DNA of 64,000 nt from a virus, in IMG/VR virus record IMGVR_UViG_3300029267_004179, positions 1 through 64,000 of that record, one strand, 5' to 3'. This document shows positions 39,088 through 50,030 of this stretch, piece by piece (within the stretch, counting starts at the first letter, position 1; each line of letters starts with the position of its first letter). The notes beneath the pieces were generated by a model that saw nothing but the letters and a program-made list of their open reading frames with translations, made no database searches and had not been told where the DNA came from. A program made the translations under genes and the position numbers.

Positions 39088-39525
39088 ATGGCATTTAAAA
39101 TTAATGTTGAAGCGGAAATTAACAAGATAGTTCTGCGGGGTAAAAAAGGTGAAAAGATCGCATCTTTTGATGTTAAACTGCTCCAACCTGCCGAATTTGA
39201 AAAAATTATCAAGAAACATCAAGATTATATCTGGGATTCACCTACCAGAAGGGCAAAAAAGGAAAGGTTCACCGAGCCTAATTTTTCAGCAATTTCCGAA
39301 GATCGATTTTGTAAACTGATTATTGATTGGCAAGGAATTGTTGGTCCTGATGGCAAAGAATTTCCTTGCACAGAGGAAAACAAAAAGATAGTTTATCAAA
39401 ACAACCCTGCTTTGGTTGAGTGGTTTTTCAGTCAAATAGAAGAGTTAACCACCTTGCAAGTTGATAAGCTTAAAGGAGAGGAAAAAAACTCAGGGAATGG
39501 GCCGAATGGAGAGAAAGAAAAGTAG
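39088..39525 (+). CDS. Tail assembly chaperone (G-like)
   Basis: IIDWQGI...G.EFPCTEENKK; ends ...EEKNS; RBS AAGGAG. Confidence 0.85.
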   Translation: MAFKINVEAEINKIVLRGKKGEKIASFDVKLLQPAEFEKIIKKHQDYIWDSPTRRAKKERFTEPNFSAISEDRFCKLIIDWQGIVGPDGKEFPCTEENKKIVYQNNPALVEWFFSQIEELTTLQVDKLKGEEKNSGNGPNGEKEK

Positions 39526-39899
39526 TCAATTGTGAGGATTGTGAACTTTTGTATAAAGGTGAGCCACCATGCGAAGAATGCGACAAACCAGAACTTCTAC
39601 CGGAGAATTATCAAGCATGGCAACTATGGAATCTTGCTTCTTTACATGGCCGGCCACCTTCTTTTTCAGGCATTCACCCAATATCCCATAGTGAATTAAT
39701 AAGTATCTGTGAAACACATGATGTAGGCAAGGAAATATACGACAAAATTTTAATTATTGAAAGTGTTGAGTTACCTTTAATTAGAAAAAAACAAGAAGAC
39801 GAAGCTGAAAAAAGAAAAAAGCATTTGGCTGCTAAAAGGCCGCCAACTACCAGGGGCAGAAGGTCATTCACTCCAAAAAGACCTATCAGGAGAAGGTAA
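39483..39899 (+). CDS. Tail chaperone -1 frameshift extension (GT-like)
   Basis: Slippery A AAA AAC at 39483-39489; -1 frame open from there (KLREWAEW...CEDC...CEEC.PELLPEN..AW.LW) up to the TMP start. Confidence 0.85.
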   Translation, partial: KKLREWAEWRERKVVNCEDCELLYKGEPPCEECDKPELLPENYQAWQLWNLASLHGRPPSFSGIHPISHSELISICETHDVGKEIYDKILIIESVELPLIRKKQEDEAEKRKKHLAAKRPPTTRGRRSFTPKRPIRRR

Positions 39900-42800
39900 T
39901 GTTTGCCGGTTATAAAATAGAAGTTGATACCAAGACTGCCAATATTGCTACCGCAAAATTAAGGAACAATCTTAAAGGTGTTGGTGGGCAAGCTAAAATC
40001 AGCGAAAAGGAAATGAGACGCCTTGAGTCAAGAATGAAAAAGGGTCTTGGTGCTGGTAAAGCTGCAAAGGATATGGAGTCATTGGCAAGAGCTACCAAAA
40101 TGACCCGCCTTGAAGTTGCCCGTTTTCAAGCAAAGGTAGGAAATTATTCCGGTGCTTTGGCTACTCTTTCTGGCGGTGCCAAAAAAGCCTATAATTCTTT
40201 GTTCAGTTTGAAAACTATGTTTGCATCTATGGGTGCTGCTATGGCTACCGGCGCAATCATCACTGCCGGTAAGAACTTCGAACAAACAATGGCGATAGTT
40301 CGAGGTGTCACTGGCGCTACCATAGAAGAGTTTGATGAGTTGTCTGCTGCTGCCCGCAGAATGGGTGAACAAACAGAATGGTCTGCAACACAAGCTGGTG
40401 ATTCACTTCGATTTCTTGCTATGGCCGGTTTTACCGTACAAGAAGCAATCACTGCCCTTCCATCTACCCTTAATCTTGCTACTGCTGGAAACCTTGAGCT
40501 TGGCCGTGCTGCCGATATTGCATCTAATGCTATGACTGCATTAGGGCTTTCTGCGGAAGACCTTTCAAGAGTTAATGATGTCTTTGTCGCTACAGCTACC
40601 AGAAGTAATTCAACTGTTGAAATGCTTGCTGAATCCTTTAAATATGTTGCGCCTACCGCAAAAGCACTGGGTTATGAAGTTGAAGAGCTTAATGCTTATC
40701 TTGGAAAGTTGCATGATGCTGGCATTCAAGGTTCTATGGCAGGTACACAATTAAATCAAGCTATGCTAAGAACTCATAAAGTCTTTAAGAAGCTTGGTAT
40801 AGATGGTGAAGGAAAGAGTTTGCTTGATGCTCTTGAGGCAATGAAAGAGGCACAATGGGGTGTCAACGAAGTAATGGGGGTCTTCGCCGGTCGTGGTGGC
40901 AGGGCTATCCTTACATTGATGGATATGACCGATGGTATTAATAGTTTAACAGAAGCAAATAAAAACTCTGCCGGGGAAGCAAAACGACTTGCAGATATAA
41001 TGCGGGATACTGTTCACGGTAGTTTTAAAAGGGTCGCTTCTGTTATTGAATCGGTAATGCTTGATATATTTGAAGAGTATAAAGGTAGCTTAAAAGAACT
41101 TTTACAAGATACTGCCGAATGGATAGAACAAAACAAGACTGGCCTTGTTGGGTTTGTGACTGCTCTTGGAGAAGGGGCAAAAACAGCTACTGATTCTCTT
41201 GCAGCTATTGGTGGTTCTCTTGATGCTATCAGAAAGAGTTCTGGTTTTATTGGAGATTCATTTTCCGACCATCCTGAAATCTTGACCTTTGGCATGATGG
41301 GTCTTTTCCTTTTTGGAGTTCAAGGCGGTGCTGTTGTAGGCACACTTGCAATGGTTGTTAATTATTTGAATGATGCCTCCAAAATGGCTGGAATGATAGC
41401 CGGTGGTGCTGTTGATTTTTCTACTTTTATGGATAGTAATAATAAGGATATGAAGGAGTTAATTGTGGCATTTGAAAGGGGCGGCAATGCCGGTGTTGAA
41501 TTTGTAGAAAAGCAGAGAAGAATCAAGGAACTTCAAATTTATTACGCTGACTTAAGAACAGAACTTAAGAAGACAACTGATATGCAAGATAGTTGGAGAG
41601 GAAGTTTTGTCAGTTCTTTTTATACAAAAGGTGACGACCCATATTCAAAGGAACTTGAAAAGACAAAAACAAAGATAATAGAAGTTAAGGCTGAGTTGGG
41701 TTTACTTCAAGCTCAGTCTGAAAATTATATAGATGTTTGGCAACATAAAGCTCAAGATATTTCAGCCCCATTAAGAAAACAAACAACTGAAACACTTCTT
41801 GCTTCTAAAGCAATGAAAGCATATAATGACAGTATTTATGCAATGAGGGGTAAACAAGAAGTAGTACCGGCAGACAACAGTAAATCTTTGGCTAAAATGG
41901 AAAAATATATCGAGGAAGTAAAAACCTTAAATATGTCCGCAAGGGAAGCGGATTTATATGATCAACAAAAGTGGTATGAAGAAAGACTCACTCATTTTGA
42001 AAAGTACGGTGGTGACATTGAAGCTCTTAACAAAGCAAACAACAAAACTATATCTGAAATAAATAAGAAGTACAGAAAAGACGCAATCAATGCTGATAAA
42101 AAAGCTTATGATAAACGCCTCAAGGCGATGGAAGATTATAAAAAGGGAATTCAGTCATATGCTGATGATTGGGCAGATATAAACAAAGAACTTGCGGTAG
42201 GTTTTGCTATTTCCCCCGAAGCAAACGAAGAAAGAACTGATTTTATGGAAGTGCAAAACGAATGGGACAGTATCACAGTTGATATTGAAAATGCAGCAAA
42301 AGAAGCAAGAGAAATCTGGAGGGATGCCTCTGAAGATATATCGGAAGACCTGTCTGATGCTTTCGGTAGTTTTATTGATGGGACTTATGATTCATGGGAT
42401 GATCTTGTTGACCATATGATGTCTACCTTTCAAGGTGCTGCTACTGAAATAGCAAATAAACAAATTAAAATGCTCTTTACTGATCCTGGCGGTGAAGAAA
42501 TAAAAATGACTGAGATGGAAAAGTATGCTGCTGGTGGAGGTGCCATTGCTTCTGCATTTCAGGCTTATCAAAGTGCAAAACAAGGACAGGCAGGTGCAGC
42601 TATAGCTCAAGGCGTAGGTGCAGCATTGATGGCCTATGCTGCGGCGTCTGGGAGTGCCTATGTTATGATGGCGGCGGCAGTGGTGTCTGCTTTGGGTGGT
42701 CTTTTTGGTTCTCCTTCAGGTGGTGGTGGAATGAGACAATGGCAAGTAAGATATGATCCTTATAGGAGAATGACAGATGAAGAGCTTGCCATAGCGAAGA

Positions 42801-45800
42801 GGGAAGCATATGAACGTGGTGAGTATTATGAGCCCAGATATGCAAGGGGAAAGGAATCAGCCGAAGGTGGTCTTTGGATACTCCCGATAATTGACAGGGA
42901 GGGCAAGCCAGTAGAAGGAACATATGACTGGAGAAGGCCGGTTGCTGAAGCTTTGCCAGCACCACAGACAGGATTTTGGGAAGCGTGGGGAGAAGGGTTT
43001 GAGCCTGTTGGTGATTCAAAGCAAAGGGCTATGATTGATGAAATCAACGAAACAATAGGCAAGGTTCAATCTGAAATATGGGATACTGTTAATGAATGGT
43101 TGAAAAACTTTTCCGATGCTGTTCAAGAGTCATTCCGTGCAAGAATGGAGACGATAGTTGTTAAGCTGTTTGATGTAACAAGAGGCGAAACGCTTTTTGT
43201 TACCACTGAAGATTACACCTATTGGATGAAAGAAGTGAGTCAACATGCTCAAGAAAAGTTTTTTCTTGCTATCCTTAACCCATTACGATTCACAATAATA
43301 GATGTTTTTGAAGAACTGGAAGAAAAATTTGGCAAACAAATAATAGGTGGATTCAATGTTGAAACTATACTTCAGGATGGAGAAATAGTTGATACGATAA
43401 GGAACTTTACAACTCAAGCGTTCGGGGTAAGTGCCAATTCTGTAATGGGGCGGTATTTAAGGTTTCTTGAAGAGTCAATGCAAAAGGAAGAAATGACACC
43501 TGAAGAAGTGGATAAATTAATGCAGGTTCTTGCACAATTTAATGCAGCTTATACTAAAATGATGGAAGTTTATCAAGGGGTCATTGATCATACACAAAGT
43601 ATTATATCTGATAGAACAGAATATGAACAGGCTTTATATGATATTCAAGAGTACTACCAAGATGCCTATGACACCTTAAAGGAGCTTGGTGCAAGTGAAG
43701 AACTACTTCTTGGCATTCGTGAGCAGGAAAGACAGGCAAATGAAAAGATAGTAAATGAGTTTGCAAAGGGTAGAAAAGAAATTGAATCAGAAATGAATCA
43801 GTATATTGAAGCTATCACAAATCCACTTGAAGGACTTGCGCTCGAATTGGATACGGTAAACACTCAATTTGATGCTTGGATAAGTAGCCTAAAGGAGCTT
43901 GGTGCAAGTCAAGCGGAATTGGAACATGCCGAGGTGGAAAGGCATAGAGCCATTACTGCTGCAATAGAGAGTTATTATGGTAGTCTTTTAACGAGCTTGG
44001 TCAGTCCATTTCAAGAATTGGCAAAAAGTATTGAAGAACTTCAAGCTGAAATATCCGGCGCTTCTGAAGTAGATGTCCTTTCGAAAAAGTTAAATGAAAT
44101 GAGAAAGGAAATGGGGATTGCCGGTGCAGAAGATTTGTTTGATTTTGGATGGCTTGGTGAAAACTTGGTAAAGAAAATTGAAACAGGTATAAGTGAACCG
44201 GCAAAGGAAGCTGTTGCCGCCTTATTTGGTGAAGGAAATGATCCGGGTGGTAATATAATAAGACCTTGGGATAGACATCCAGAACTTGGACCTACACCGG
44301 GAGTTATCAGTCCTTCTGCTGAACCGGAAGTTGCCGAGAATCAAGGAAAACAAGCTGCTGAAGTACTCAAAGAATACATTACTTCATGGACGCTTGGACT
44401 CCTTGAAAAAGGATCGATGGTTACAGAAGAAGCAATGAATGAAGCAATAGCAATGTGGTACCGGAATAATAGAGAGTTGGCAGGAATAGAAGCAATAAAT
44501 GAAGAGATGATCACCGATCTTATTTCATCCTTAATGGGTAGTCTTGTCGAACCTTATGTTGAGGCTGCAAGGCAAGAAAAGTTTGGGCAGGTTTATAGTG
44601 AGGCTGTTGATTTTATAAAAAGGGAAATTCAAAGAGTATTTATAAGTGAAACCGGGGCTGGTGAAAAGACTTTCGCAGAGGCAGATGTAGAGCAAATAAA
44701 GAAACAGATATGGACAAAAATGACTCAGGCAATTCCTGATGTTGATGTTATCAGAAATATCTTCTCTTCCATTTGGGATAGGTTATGGGAAGAATATACA
44801 GGGGGATATGCCGGTGTTGCTGGCGGCGTCGGGATTGATAAGGGGTTTGAAGGTCAAATTGATAGTTCTGTTAAGGCGCTTGTTGAAGAAGGTGTATCTC
44901 AGGAAGATATAGTTGAATACTTAACTGTCCTGCGGGATTACTACAAGTCATTCTTTAAACAATTAAAGGATGATTGGGGAAAATGGGATAGTGTTAAAAC
45001 AAACGCAGAAGAGGCAATTAATTTGATATCTACTGCATTAGAGCCTCAACGGTCGGTTTTGCAGAAGATACCCCAACTTATGGGTGAAAGCATAGAAGAT
45101 ATTGATGACTATATAAACAATCTTAATGAATGGGTAACTGAAGCAAAGGCAGTTAAGACAAGTTTTGAAACATTTGCAAAAGGAGTACAGGAAGCAAAAT
45201 TTAATATTAAAAAGACAACCTACCTTGCCGGTAAGACAATTGAAGAGCAGGTAGGCGCTTATGATGACTATTTAAGTCTTGCATATAGTGAACTCCAAGG
45301 TGCTTATTATGGTGACCGTCCTGAAGAAGCCTTGGAGCTGATGAGCAGAATGCAAACACTTTTGATGGAAAGGTATAATCTTGAAAATCAATTAATTGAG
45401 GAGACCTACGGTAATATGAAAAACATAGAAGCCATAGTGACTTCAATAACAGACAAAATTCGGCAATTACGATATTCAGAATATAATTTACAGCTGCCGG
45501 TACAAAAGGCAGAGATTGCGACGGAAGATTATGCTACACTCCTTCAAGCTGCTCGAAGTGGAGATGCTGCGGATATTAATAAATATATTGGATTTATTGA
45601 TACCTATTTGCGACAATCCATGGATGCTTATAAATCGAACGAACAGTACCAAGAAATTTGGGAACAAGTAAACGATGATCTTGAAAGCCTTAATCTTACA
45701 ATGCAAGCCTATACTTCCGAAGATACCATTTATTTGCAGAAGCTTAATGAGGCTGCCGACTATACCAACAATTGGCTTGAAAAAATCCAAGAGCATGCTG

Positions 45801-46546
45801 AGGAAGAAGGAGAAGAGATGGGTCAAATTATAGGCGACCAGTCTGATACCCTTAAAAAACTACTCGGTAGATCGGGAGTTATAAACAGAAGTCTTGAAAC
45901 GATAAACAATTCGATAAGTAATGTAGCATTGGCAATCAATAATCTTGAAGACCATTTGGCTTCAGCTATAGAAGGGATGGAAGGCGGCGGCGGTCTTGGC
46001 GGGTATACAGGTGGTTTATCCGAGTCTGACAGATCGATTTTGAACGAACTTGCTACTCGATACTTTGATCCTGGTACGGGAGCCGAAGCGTTTACTGAAA
46101 GCATAAGTGAATTGGCGGTTCTTTATCAGCAATTGATGGCGGGTGGTGCAGATGCTTGGAGTGCTGCTGCATCTACATTTGGTTTGACAACCGAAAGATA
46201 CCGGGCTGATTTTGAACTACTCAAAAGTATTCTTCATTTTCAGGGCGGCGGTATGGCTAAAGGCCCGGATGAAGGGTATCCAGCTATATTGCATGGCATT
46301 GAGGCAGTTATCCCTATGAATGGTGCAAATATTCCTGTCCAAATAGTTGGTGGTGGAAAGGATGCCACTTTGTTGGATGAGGTCAAAAAATCAAATCTTC
46401 TTCTTTCGGCATTGCTTAACAAGGATAGCAAGGTTGATGTTCATATAGGAAATGAGAAATTTAAAGGAACTATCCGGAAAGAAGCGAATCAGCTTATGGT
46501 TGAGGTCCATGACCGTGGCGCTTATGGCAAAATGGTTGTGCCTTAA
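39899..46546 (+). CDS. Tail tape measure protein (TP901-family core), 2215 aa
   Basis: FEQTMAIVRGVTGAT...SATQAG...LAMAG; GIQGSMAGT; C-terminal F..GG...GP..GYPA.LHG.EAVIP. Confidence 0.95.
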   Translation: MFAGYKIEVDTKTANIATAKLRNNLKGVGGQAKISEKEMRRLESRMKKGLGAGKAAKDMESLARATKMTRLEVARFQAKVGNYSGALATLSGGAKKAYNSLFSLKTMFASMGAAMATGAIITAGKNFEQTMAIVRGVTGATIEEFDELSAAARRMGEQTEWSATQAGDSLRFLAMAGFTVQEAITALPSTLNLATAGNLELGRAADIASNAMTALGLSAEDLSRVNDVFVATATRSNSTVEMLAESFKYVAPTAKALGYEVEELNAYLGKLHDAGIQGSMAGTQLNQAMLRTHKVFKKLGIDGEGKSLLDALEAMKEAQWGVNEVMGVFAGRGGRAILTLMDMTDGINSLTEANKNSAGEAKRLADIMRDTVHGSFKRVASVIESVMLDIFEEYKGSLKELLQDTAEWIEQNKTGLVGFVTALGEGAKTATDSLAAIGGSLDAIRKSSGFIGDSFSDHPEILTFGMMGLFLFGVQGGAVVGTLAMVVNYLNDASKMAGMIAGGAVDFSTFMDSNNKDMKELIVAFERGGNAGVEFVEKQRRIKELQIYYADLRTELKKTTDMQDSWRGSFVSSFYTKGDDPYSKELEKTKTKIIEVKAELGLLQAQSENYIDVWQHKAQDISAPLRKQTTETLLASKAMKAYNDSIYAMRGKQEVVPADNSKSLAKMEKYIEEVKTLNMSAREADLYDQQKWYEERLTHFEKYGGDIEALNKANNKTISEINKKYRKDAINADKKAYDKRLKAMEDYKKGIQSYADDWADINKELAVGFAISPEANEERTDFMEVQNEWDSITVDIENAAKEAREIWRDASEDISEDLSDAFGSFIDGTYDSWDDLVDHMMSTFQGAATEIANKQIKMLFTDPGGEEIKMTEMEKYAAGGGAIASAFQAYQSAKQGQAGAAIAQGVGAALMAYAAASGSAYVMMAAAVVSALGGLFGSPSGGGGMRQWQVRYDPYRRMTDEELAIAKREAYERGEYYEPRYARGKESAEGGLWILPIIDREGKPVEGTYDWRRPVAEALPAPQTGFWEAWGEGFEPVGDSKQRAMIDEINETIGKVQSEIWDTVNEWLKNFSDAVQESFRARMETIVVKLFDVTRGETLFVTTEDYTYWMKEVSQHAQEKFFLAILNPLRFTIIDVFEELEEKFGKQIIGGFNVETILQDGEIVDTIRNFTTQAFGVSANSVMGRYLRFLEESMQKEEMTPEEVDKLMQVLAQFNAAYTKMMEVYQGVIDHTQSIISDRTEYEQALYDIQEYYQDAYDTLKELGASEELLLGIREQERQANEKIVNEFAKGRKEIESEMNQYIEAITNPLEGLALELDTVNTQFDAWISSLKELGASQAELEHAEVERHRAITAAIESYYGSLLTSLVSPFQELAKSIEELQAEISGASEVDVLSKKLNEMRKEMGIAGAEDLFDFGWLGENLVKKIETGISEPAKEAVAALFGEGNDPGGNIIRPWDRHPELGPTPGVISPSAEPEVAENQGKQAAEVLKEYITSWTLGLLEKGSMVTEEAMNEAIAMWYRNNRELAGIEAINEEMITDLISSLMGSLVEPYVEAARQEKFGQVYSEAVDFIKREIQRVFISETGAGEKTFAEADVEQIKKQIWTKMTQAIPDVDVIRNIFSSIWDRLWEEYTGGYAGVAGGVGIDKGFEGQIDSSVKALVEEGVSQEDIVEYLTVLRDYYKSFFKQLKDDWGKWDSVKTNAEEAINLISTALEPQRSVLQKIPQLMGESIEDIDDYINNLNEWVTEAKAVKTSFETFAKGVQEAKFNIKKTTYLAGKTIEEQVGAYDDYLSLAYSELQGAYYGDRPEEALELMSRMQTLLMERYNLENQLIEETYGNMKNIEAIVTSITDKIRQLRYSEYNLQLPVQKAEIATEDYATLLQAARSGDAADINKYIGFIDTYLRQSMDAYKSNEQYQEIWEQVNDDLESLNLTMQAYTSEDTIYLQKLNEAADYTNNWLEKIQEHAEEEGEEMGQIIGDQSDTLKKLLGRSGVINRSLETINNSISNVALAINNLEDHLASAIEGMEGGGGLGGYTGGLSESDRSILNELATRYFDPGTGAEAFTESISELAVLYQQLMAGGADAWSAAASTFGLTTERYRADFELLKSILHFQGGGMAKGPDEGYPAILHGIEAVIPMNGANIPVQIVGGGKDATLLDEVKKSNLLLSALLNKDSKVDVHIGNEKFKGTIRKEANQLMVEVHDRGAYGKMVVP

Positions 46547-46566
46547 TCTTAAAATTAACCGTGTTA

Positions 46567-46639
46567 ATTTAGCTTATATTAAACGATCTGATAAAAACTA
46601 ATATAAGGGTATAGGGTAAAAATTTTATAGGGGTTAAAA
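46567..46639 (+). repeat. Dispersed element, copy 4
   Basis: ATTTAG...AAACTAATATAAGGGTATAGGGTAAAAATTTTATAGGGGTTAAAA. Confidence 0.93.
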
Positions 46640-46644
46640 AGGAA

Positions 46645-47916
46645 ATGCTTTTAATTGAAGTCACCATAAACGGAACAGTAAATTATCTTTCGATGGAAGG
46701 TATTGAATTGACGAGATGGTGGGATAACAAAGTGATTTCATTTACTGCTCCTAATTACACCATTAAGGATACTTATGGTGGTTATGTAGATGTTGAATTC
46801 GGAAACATAGAATTTTCACCCGATCTTTTTCTTTCTCCTAATTGGCCTCCTCCTGCTGAATGCCCTATAGTTGTGAAATATACAGATACCGACGAAGCAA
46901 GTGCAGAGGTTCTTTTTGATGGTACCTGCTATATCAGGAAAATAAACAGGGAATCAATAGTATATGACATCTTCGATGAAGCGTTTGATATAAATCTTTT
47001 GGATACTGCTGTTGATTACAATGGGGATACCGTACCGTTACCAAGAGCTTTTGGGACTGTTACTTTTGTCAATCCGGTAAGACTACCGGATGCCGGTGGT
47101 TTCCCGATATGGCATAAAGGGAATATTCAAGGAGTACTTGGAACTAATTATTTCTGTTATGATGACGGAATAGATGTTTCAGTTAATTTCACCGATCTTG
47201 GCACTACCCTACAACAAAACGTAGGGCTTGCCGGGGAACTTACATTATCAGGAGTTGGCCTTGAAACGACTCTTGACCAAGTTATGAGTTGGGGAGCTAT
47301 AACTAAACTTGGTCTTGCCTATGATAATTCCGTTGGCAGGGTAGTGAGTCCACCAATTAATTATTGGGCGGCAGGGCAGGATAAAATAATATCTTTTTTA
47401 TCAGATATATGCTTGTTTTTCACTCATCTTAATTATATCAGGAATAACACTCTTTATCTTGTAGATATGTTTCAAGATAATGGAACAAGAACTATTACTG
47501 AGTTTGAGTTCTTTCCTGCCGAGTATGATTATGAAGTCCCGATAAGGATAATAAAATCCGCATGGGAGAATCGCTTTTCTGTTTCTGAAACGATAGGGCA
47601 ATATGTTAAGCATGTTCCTGATAAAACAGAAAGGACAACTGCTTTTCCGTATGGCAATTTAATGGAAGTAACACCATTCGATGATATCAAGTCAAATATA
47701 GAAGCTGCACTTGACAATATATTACTTGTTCATCCAAAACCACGAGCAAGAGTTTCATTGCCTCTTTTGGGTAGTTTGCCTGTTCCCGGTGAAGCGATAA
47801 CTCTTGAAGATACTTCACTTGCTGAAGATACAGATGTAGTTATAAGGTGCAGAAAAATTACTTACGATTTTAATAATGATGAAGTTGTAGTAGAAGGTGA
47901 AGGGACACTGACATAA
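46645..47916 (+). CDS. Tail tip/hub protein
   Basis: Follows TMP; PLPRAFG.V..VNP...YDDG motif. Confidence 0.7.
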   Translation: MLLIEVTINGTVNYLSMEGIELTRWWDNKVISFTAPNYTIKDTYGGYVDVEFGNIEFSPDLFLSPNWPPPAECPIVVKYTDTDEASAEVLFDGTCYIRKINRESIVYDIFDEAFDINLLDTAVDYNGDTVPLPRAFGTVTFVNPVRLPDAGGFPIWHKGNIQGVLGTNYFCYDDGIDVSVNFTDLGTTLQQNVGLAGELTLSGVGLETTLDQVMSWGAITKLGLAYDNSVGRVVSPPINYWAAGQDKIISFLSDICLFFTHLNYIRNNTLYLVDMFQDNGTRTITEFEFFPAEYDYEVPIRIIKSAWENRFSVSETIGQYVKHVPDKTERTTAFPYGNLMEVTPFDDIKSNIEAALDNILLVHPKPRARVSLPLLGSLPVPGEAITLEDTSLAEDTDVVIRCRKITYDFNNDEVVVEGEGTLT

Positions 47917-48887
47917 TGAAAGTAATTTATCCTGATAAAGTAACCGGCTTGACTCCATCATCTACCCCACTAACAGGGACAATAACCTTGACAAATGGTG
48001 GTAATGCGCTTCTTGGTGTCGGCACTTCTTTTACTACCGAGTTAACAAGTCAACAAGGGGATCAAATATATTTAGATGCTGATGGAGTGATAGTTGAGGT
48101 TGATGTGGTTGCAACTGATCTTTTAGCTTCATTAACTGCTAATTACACTGGCGCTGGCGGTTCTGGGCCGGGAAGTATATATGAAGAAAAAGCGCTTTTC
48201 CCAAAGGAAAATGTTTCTGATGATCATCCAAAGAAACCGTGGAAATCCGTATCAGATGATGCGACAATGCATGTGGCTGTTTCTGGCGGTAGTAATGCAA
48301 TAGCAATCTTTGCAACAAATGCTGAAACAATAACAGTTACAGTTATGAATGATATTGAAACGATTACTTTATGGGGGCCAGAAATATATGACTTACAGGG
48401 GATAGATACTTATTATGAACTAATCACAGATACCGGTGAAAGATGGTATGTGCTTTGGGTAGATTATCCTTATCAAGCAAATCCTGTTAGTATAGTAGTT
48501 GATTTTGAATCACCGTCTGCAACAAGGGTAGGAATAATCAGAGCCGGTGCTACATATACTTTCCCAGACCCCAGATGGGGTTTGAGTGAAGGACTTGTTG
48601 ACTACTCGATAATTAAGGAATTAAGCAATGGTGCTACCTATATTCGCAAAAGAGATATAGTGAGAAAGTTTGATGGCGATATTACTATGGTAAGGGACCG
48701 TGATTTTTATAAGTTTATGCACAAGGTAATTAAGACAAAAGGACCGGGACCGCTTGCCTGGAAGGTATCAACTAATTTATCAAATTTCGATTGGGCTGTA
48801 TTTGCAAGACCGCAAAACATGCCGAGGGGAAGTCACACTTTCCCCGCTTGGAGTCGTGTCAATTTTCAATTACTTGAAGTTGTGTAG
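47916..48887 (+). CDS. Distal-tail-like protein with inserted beta domain
   Basis: N...D.P.K.W.S; VG.IRAG; GL.D.S......G..Y. Confidence 0.65.
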   Translation: MKVIYPDKVTGLTPSSTPLTGTITLTNGGNALLGVGTSFTTELTSQQGDQIYLDADGVIVEVDVVATDLLASLTANYTGAGGSGPGSIYEEKALFPKENVSDDHPKKPWKSVSDDATMHVAVSGGSNAIAIFATNAETITVTVMNDIETITLWGPEIYDLQGIDTYYELITDTGERWYVLWVDYPYQANPVSIVVDFESPSATRVGIIRAGATYTFPDPRWGLSEGLVDYSIIKELSNGATYIRKRDIVRKFDGDITMVRDRDFYKFMHKVIKTKGPGPLAWKVSTNLSNFDWAVFARPQNMPRGSHTFPAWSRVNFQLLEVV

Positions 48888-48896
48888 GAGAATAAA

Positions 48897-49277
48897 ATGG
48901 GATCATATACTTGGAATGTCTTTCCGTTATCAGGGACTGCTAATTTTGAAGGAACTGCAAGGACTGCACTTGAGCAATGGAGAACCAATGCCAGTCTTAT
49001 GGATAATGAGATAACTACAGCAAGGAGTACTTATCCGTCATTAAACGCAAGACTTGATGATATCCTTGGTAGTATCCCTCCTGGTACTATTACCTATGGG
49101 CAGTTGGACATCTTGAATGCTCCTACCGATACCTATCAACTTACCTATAATTTAGCAAGTGATAAGATGGAATGGGTAGTTCCTGGAGCTGCCGCTGATC
49201 CTGGCGATGTGCGTTTTGAAGCTGCTGATCCGAAACAATATCTTAATGAAAAATTAAGACAAAGATTTTTATTATAG
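48897..49277 (+). CDS. Minor tail protein
   Basis: EITTAR..YPSLNARLD motif. Confidence 0.65.
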   Translation: MGSYTWNVFPLSGTANFEGTARTALEQWRTNASLMDNEITTARSTYPSLNARLDDILGSIPPGTITYGQLDILNAPTDTYQLTYNLASDKMEWVVPGAAADPGDVRFEAADPKQYLNEKLRQRFLL

Positions 49278-49286
49278 GAGGATAGT

Positions 49287-50021
49287 ATGCCTTTTGCTTA
49301 TAATCGACTTGTTGAATGCAAAGCTATCGCAAATAGTGTTCAGACACAGTTTGCGAATCCGGCAGGAAAAACAACCTATATCAGAAGCATATCTATCCAC
49401 AATGCTGCTGCTGTTACTATTCCATTCGGATTGTATAATGTTCCTGATGTGGCCGGTGCAGTAGGTGTTGCTGGTGCTACAAATTGTTTCTATCTCAACA
49501 CAATAGGACTACAACCGGGTGAGATATTAACTTTTGAATTTACTCCTCCAGGCATTATATTGGAGGATTTGAATGATACTATTCAAACCTACGCTTCTGA
49601 CTTGACGGGTGCTTTGTCCTTTCAGATGTTCGGTGCTATTGAAACTACTATAGCACCGACTTTTAACTATAAGCGAATTATAGAGATGCAAGCCTTACCA
49701 CTTGTAACAACTACGATCTTTGCCAATCCCGCAGCAACAACCACTTATATAAAACTTCTGATTCTTTGCAACCTTGACCCATCATCGAATTATGTGAGGG
49801 TTTGGAATGTTCCTGATGCTGCTGGTGCTGTTGGGGTAGTAAGTGATGGAACGCAGATTTTTGGTGATTCTGTTTTGGGGATGGCGGCAGAAGAAACAGT
49901 GATAATGGAGTTCCTTGATGGCGGCTTGATGTTAGAGGATTTAAATGATACAATACAGGCAATTTCAGTTGCACCTACTACATGGAGTCCCACCATACAA
50001 GCATTTGGAGCGCAAGAATAA
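49287..50021 (+). CDS. Tail protein made of two tandem ~120-aa repeats
   Basis: FANPA..TTYI...NVPD.AGAVGV...LEDLNDTIQ...Q.FGA occurs twice. Confidence 0.8.
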   Translation: MPFAYNRLVECKAIANSVQTQFANPAGKTTYIRSISIHNAAAVTIPFGLYNVPDVAGAVGVAGATNCFYLNTIGLQPGEILTFEFTPPGIILEDLNDTIQTYASDLTGALSFQMFGAIETTIAPTFNYKRIIEMQALPLVTTTIFANPAATTTYIKLLILCNLDPSSNYVRVWNVPDAAGAVGVVSDGTQIFGDSVLGMAAEETVIMEFLDGGLMLEDLNDTIQAISVAPTTWSPTIQAFGAQE

Positions 50022-50030
50022 GGAGAAGTC

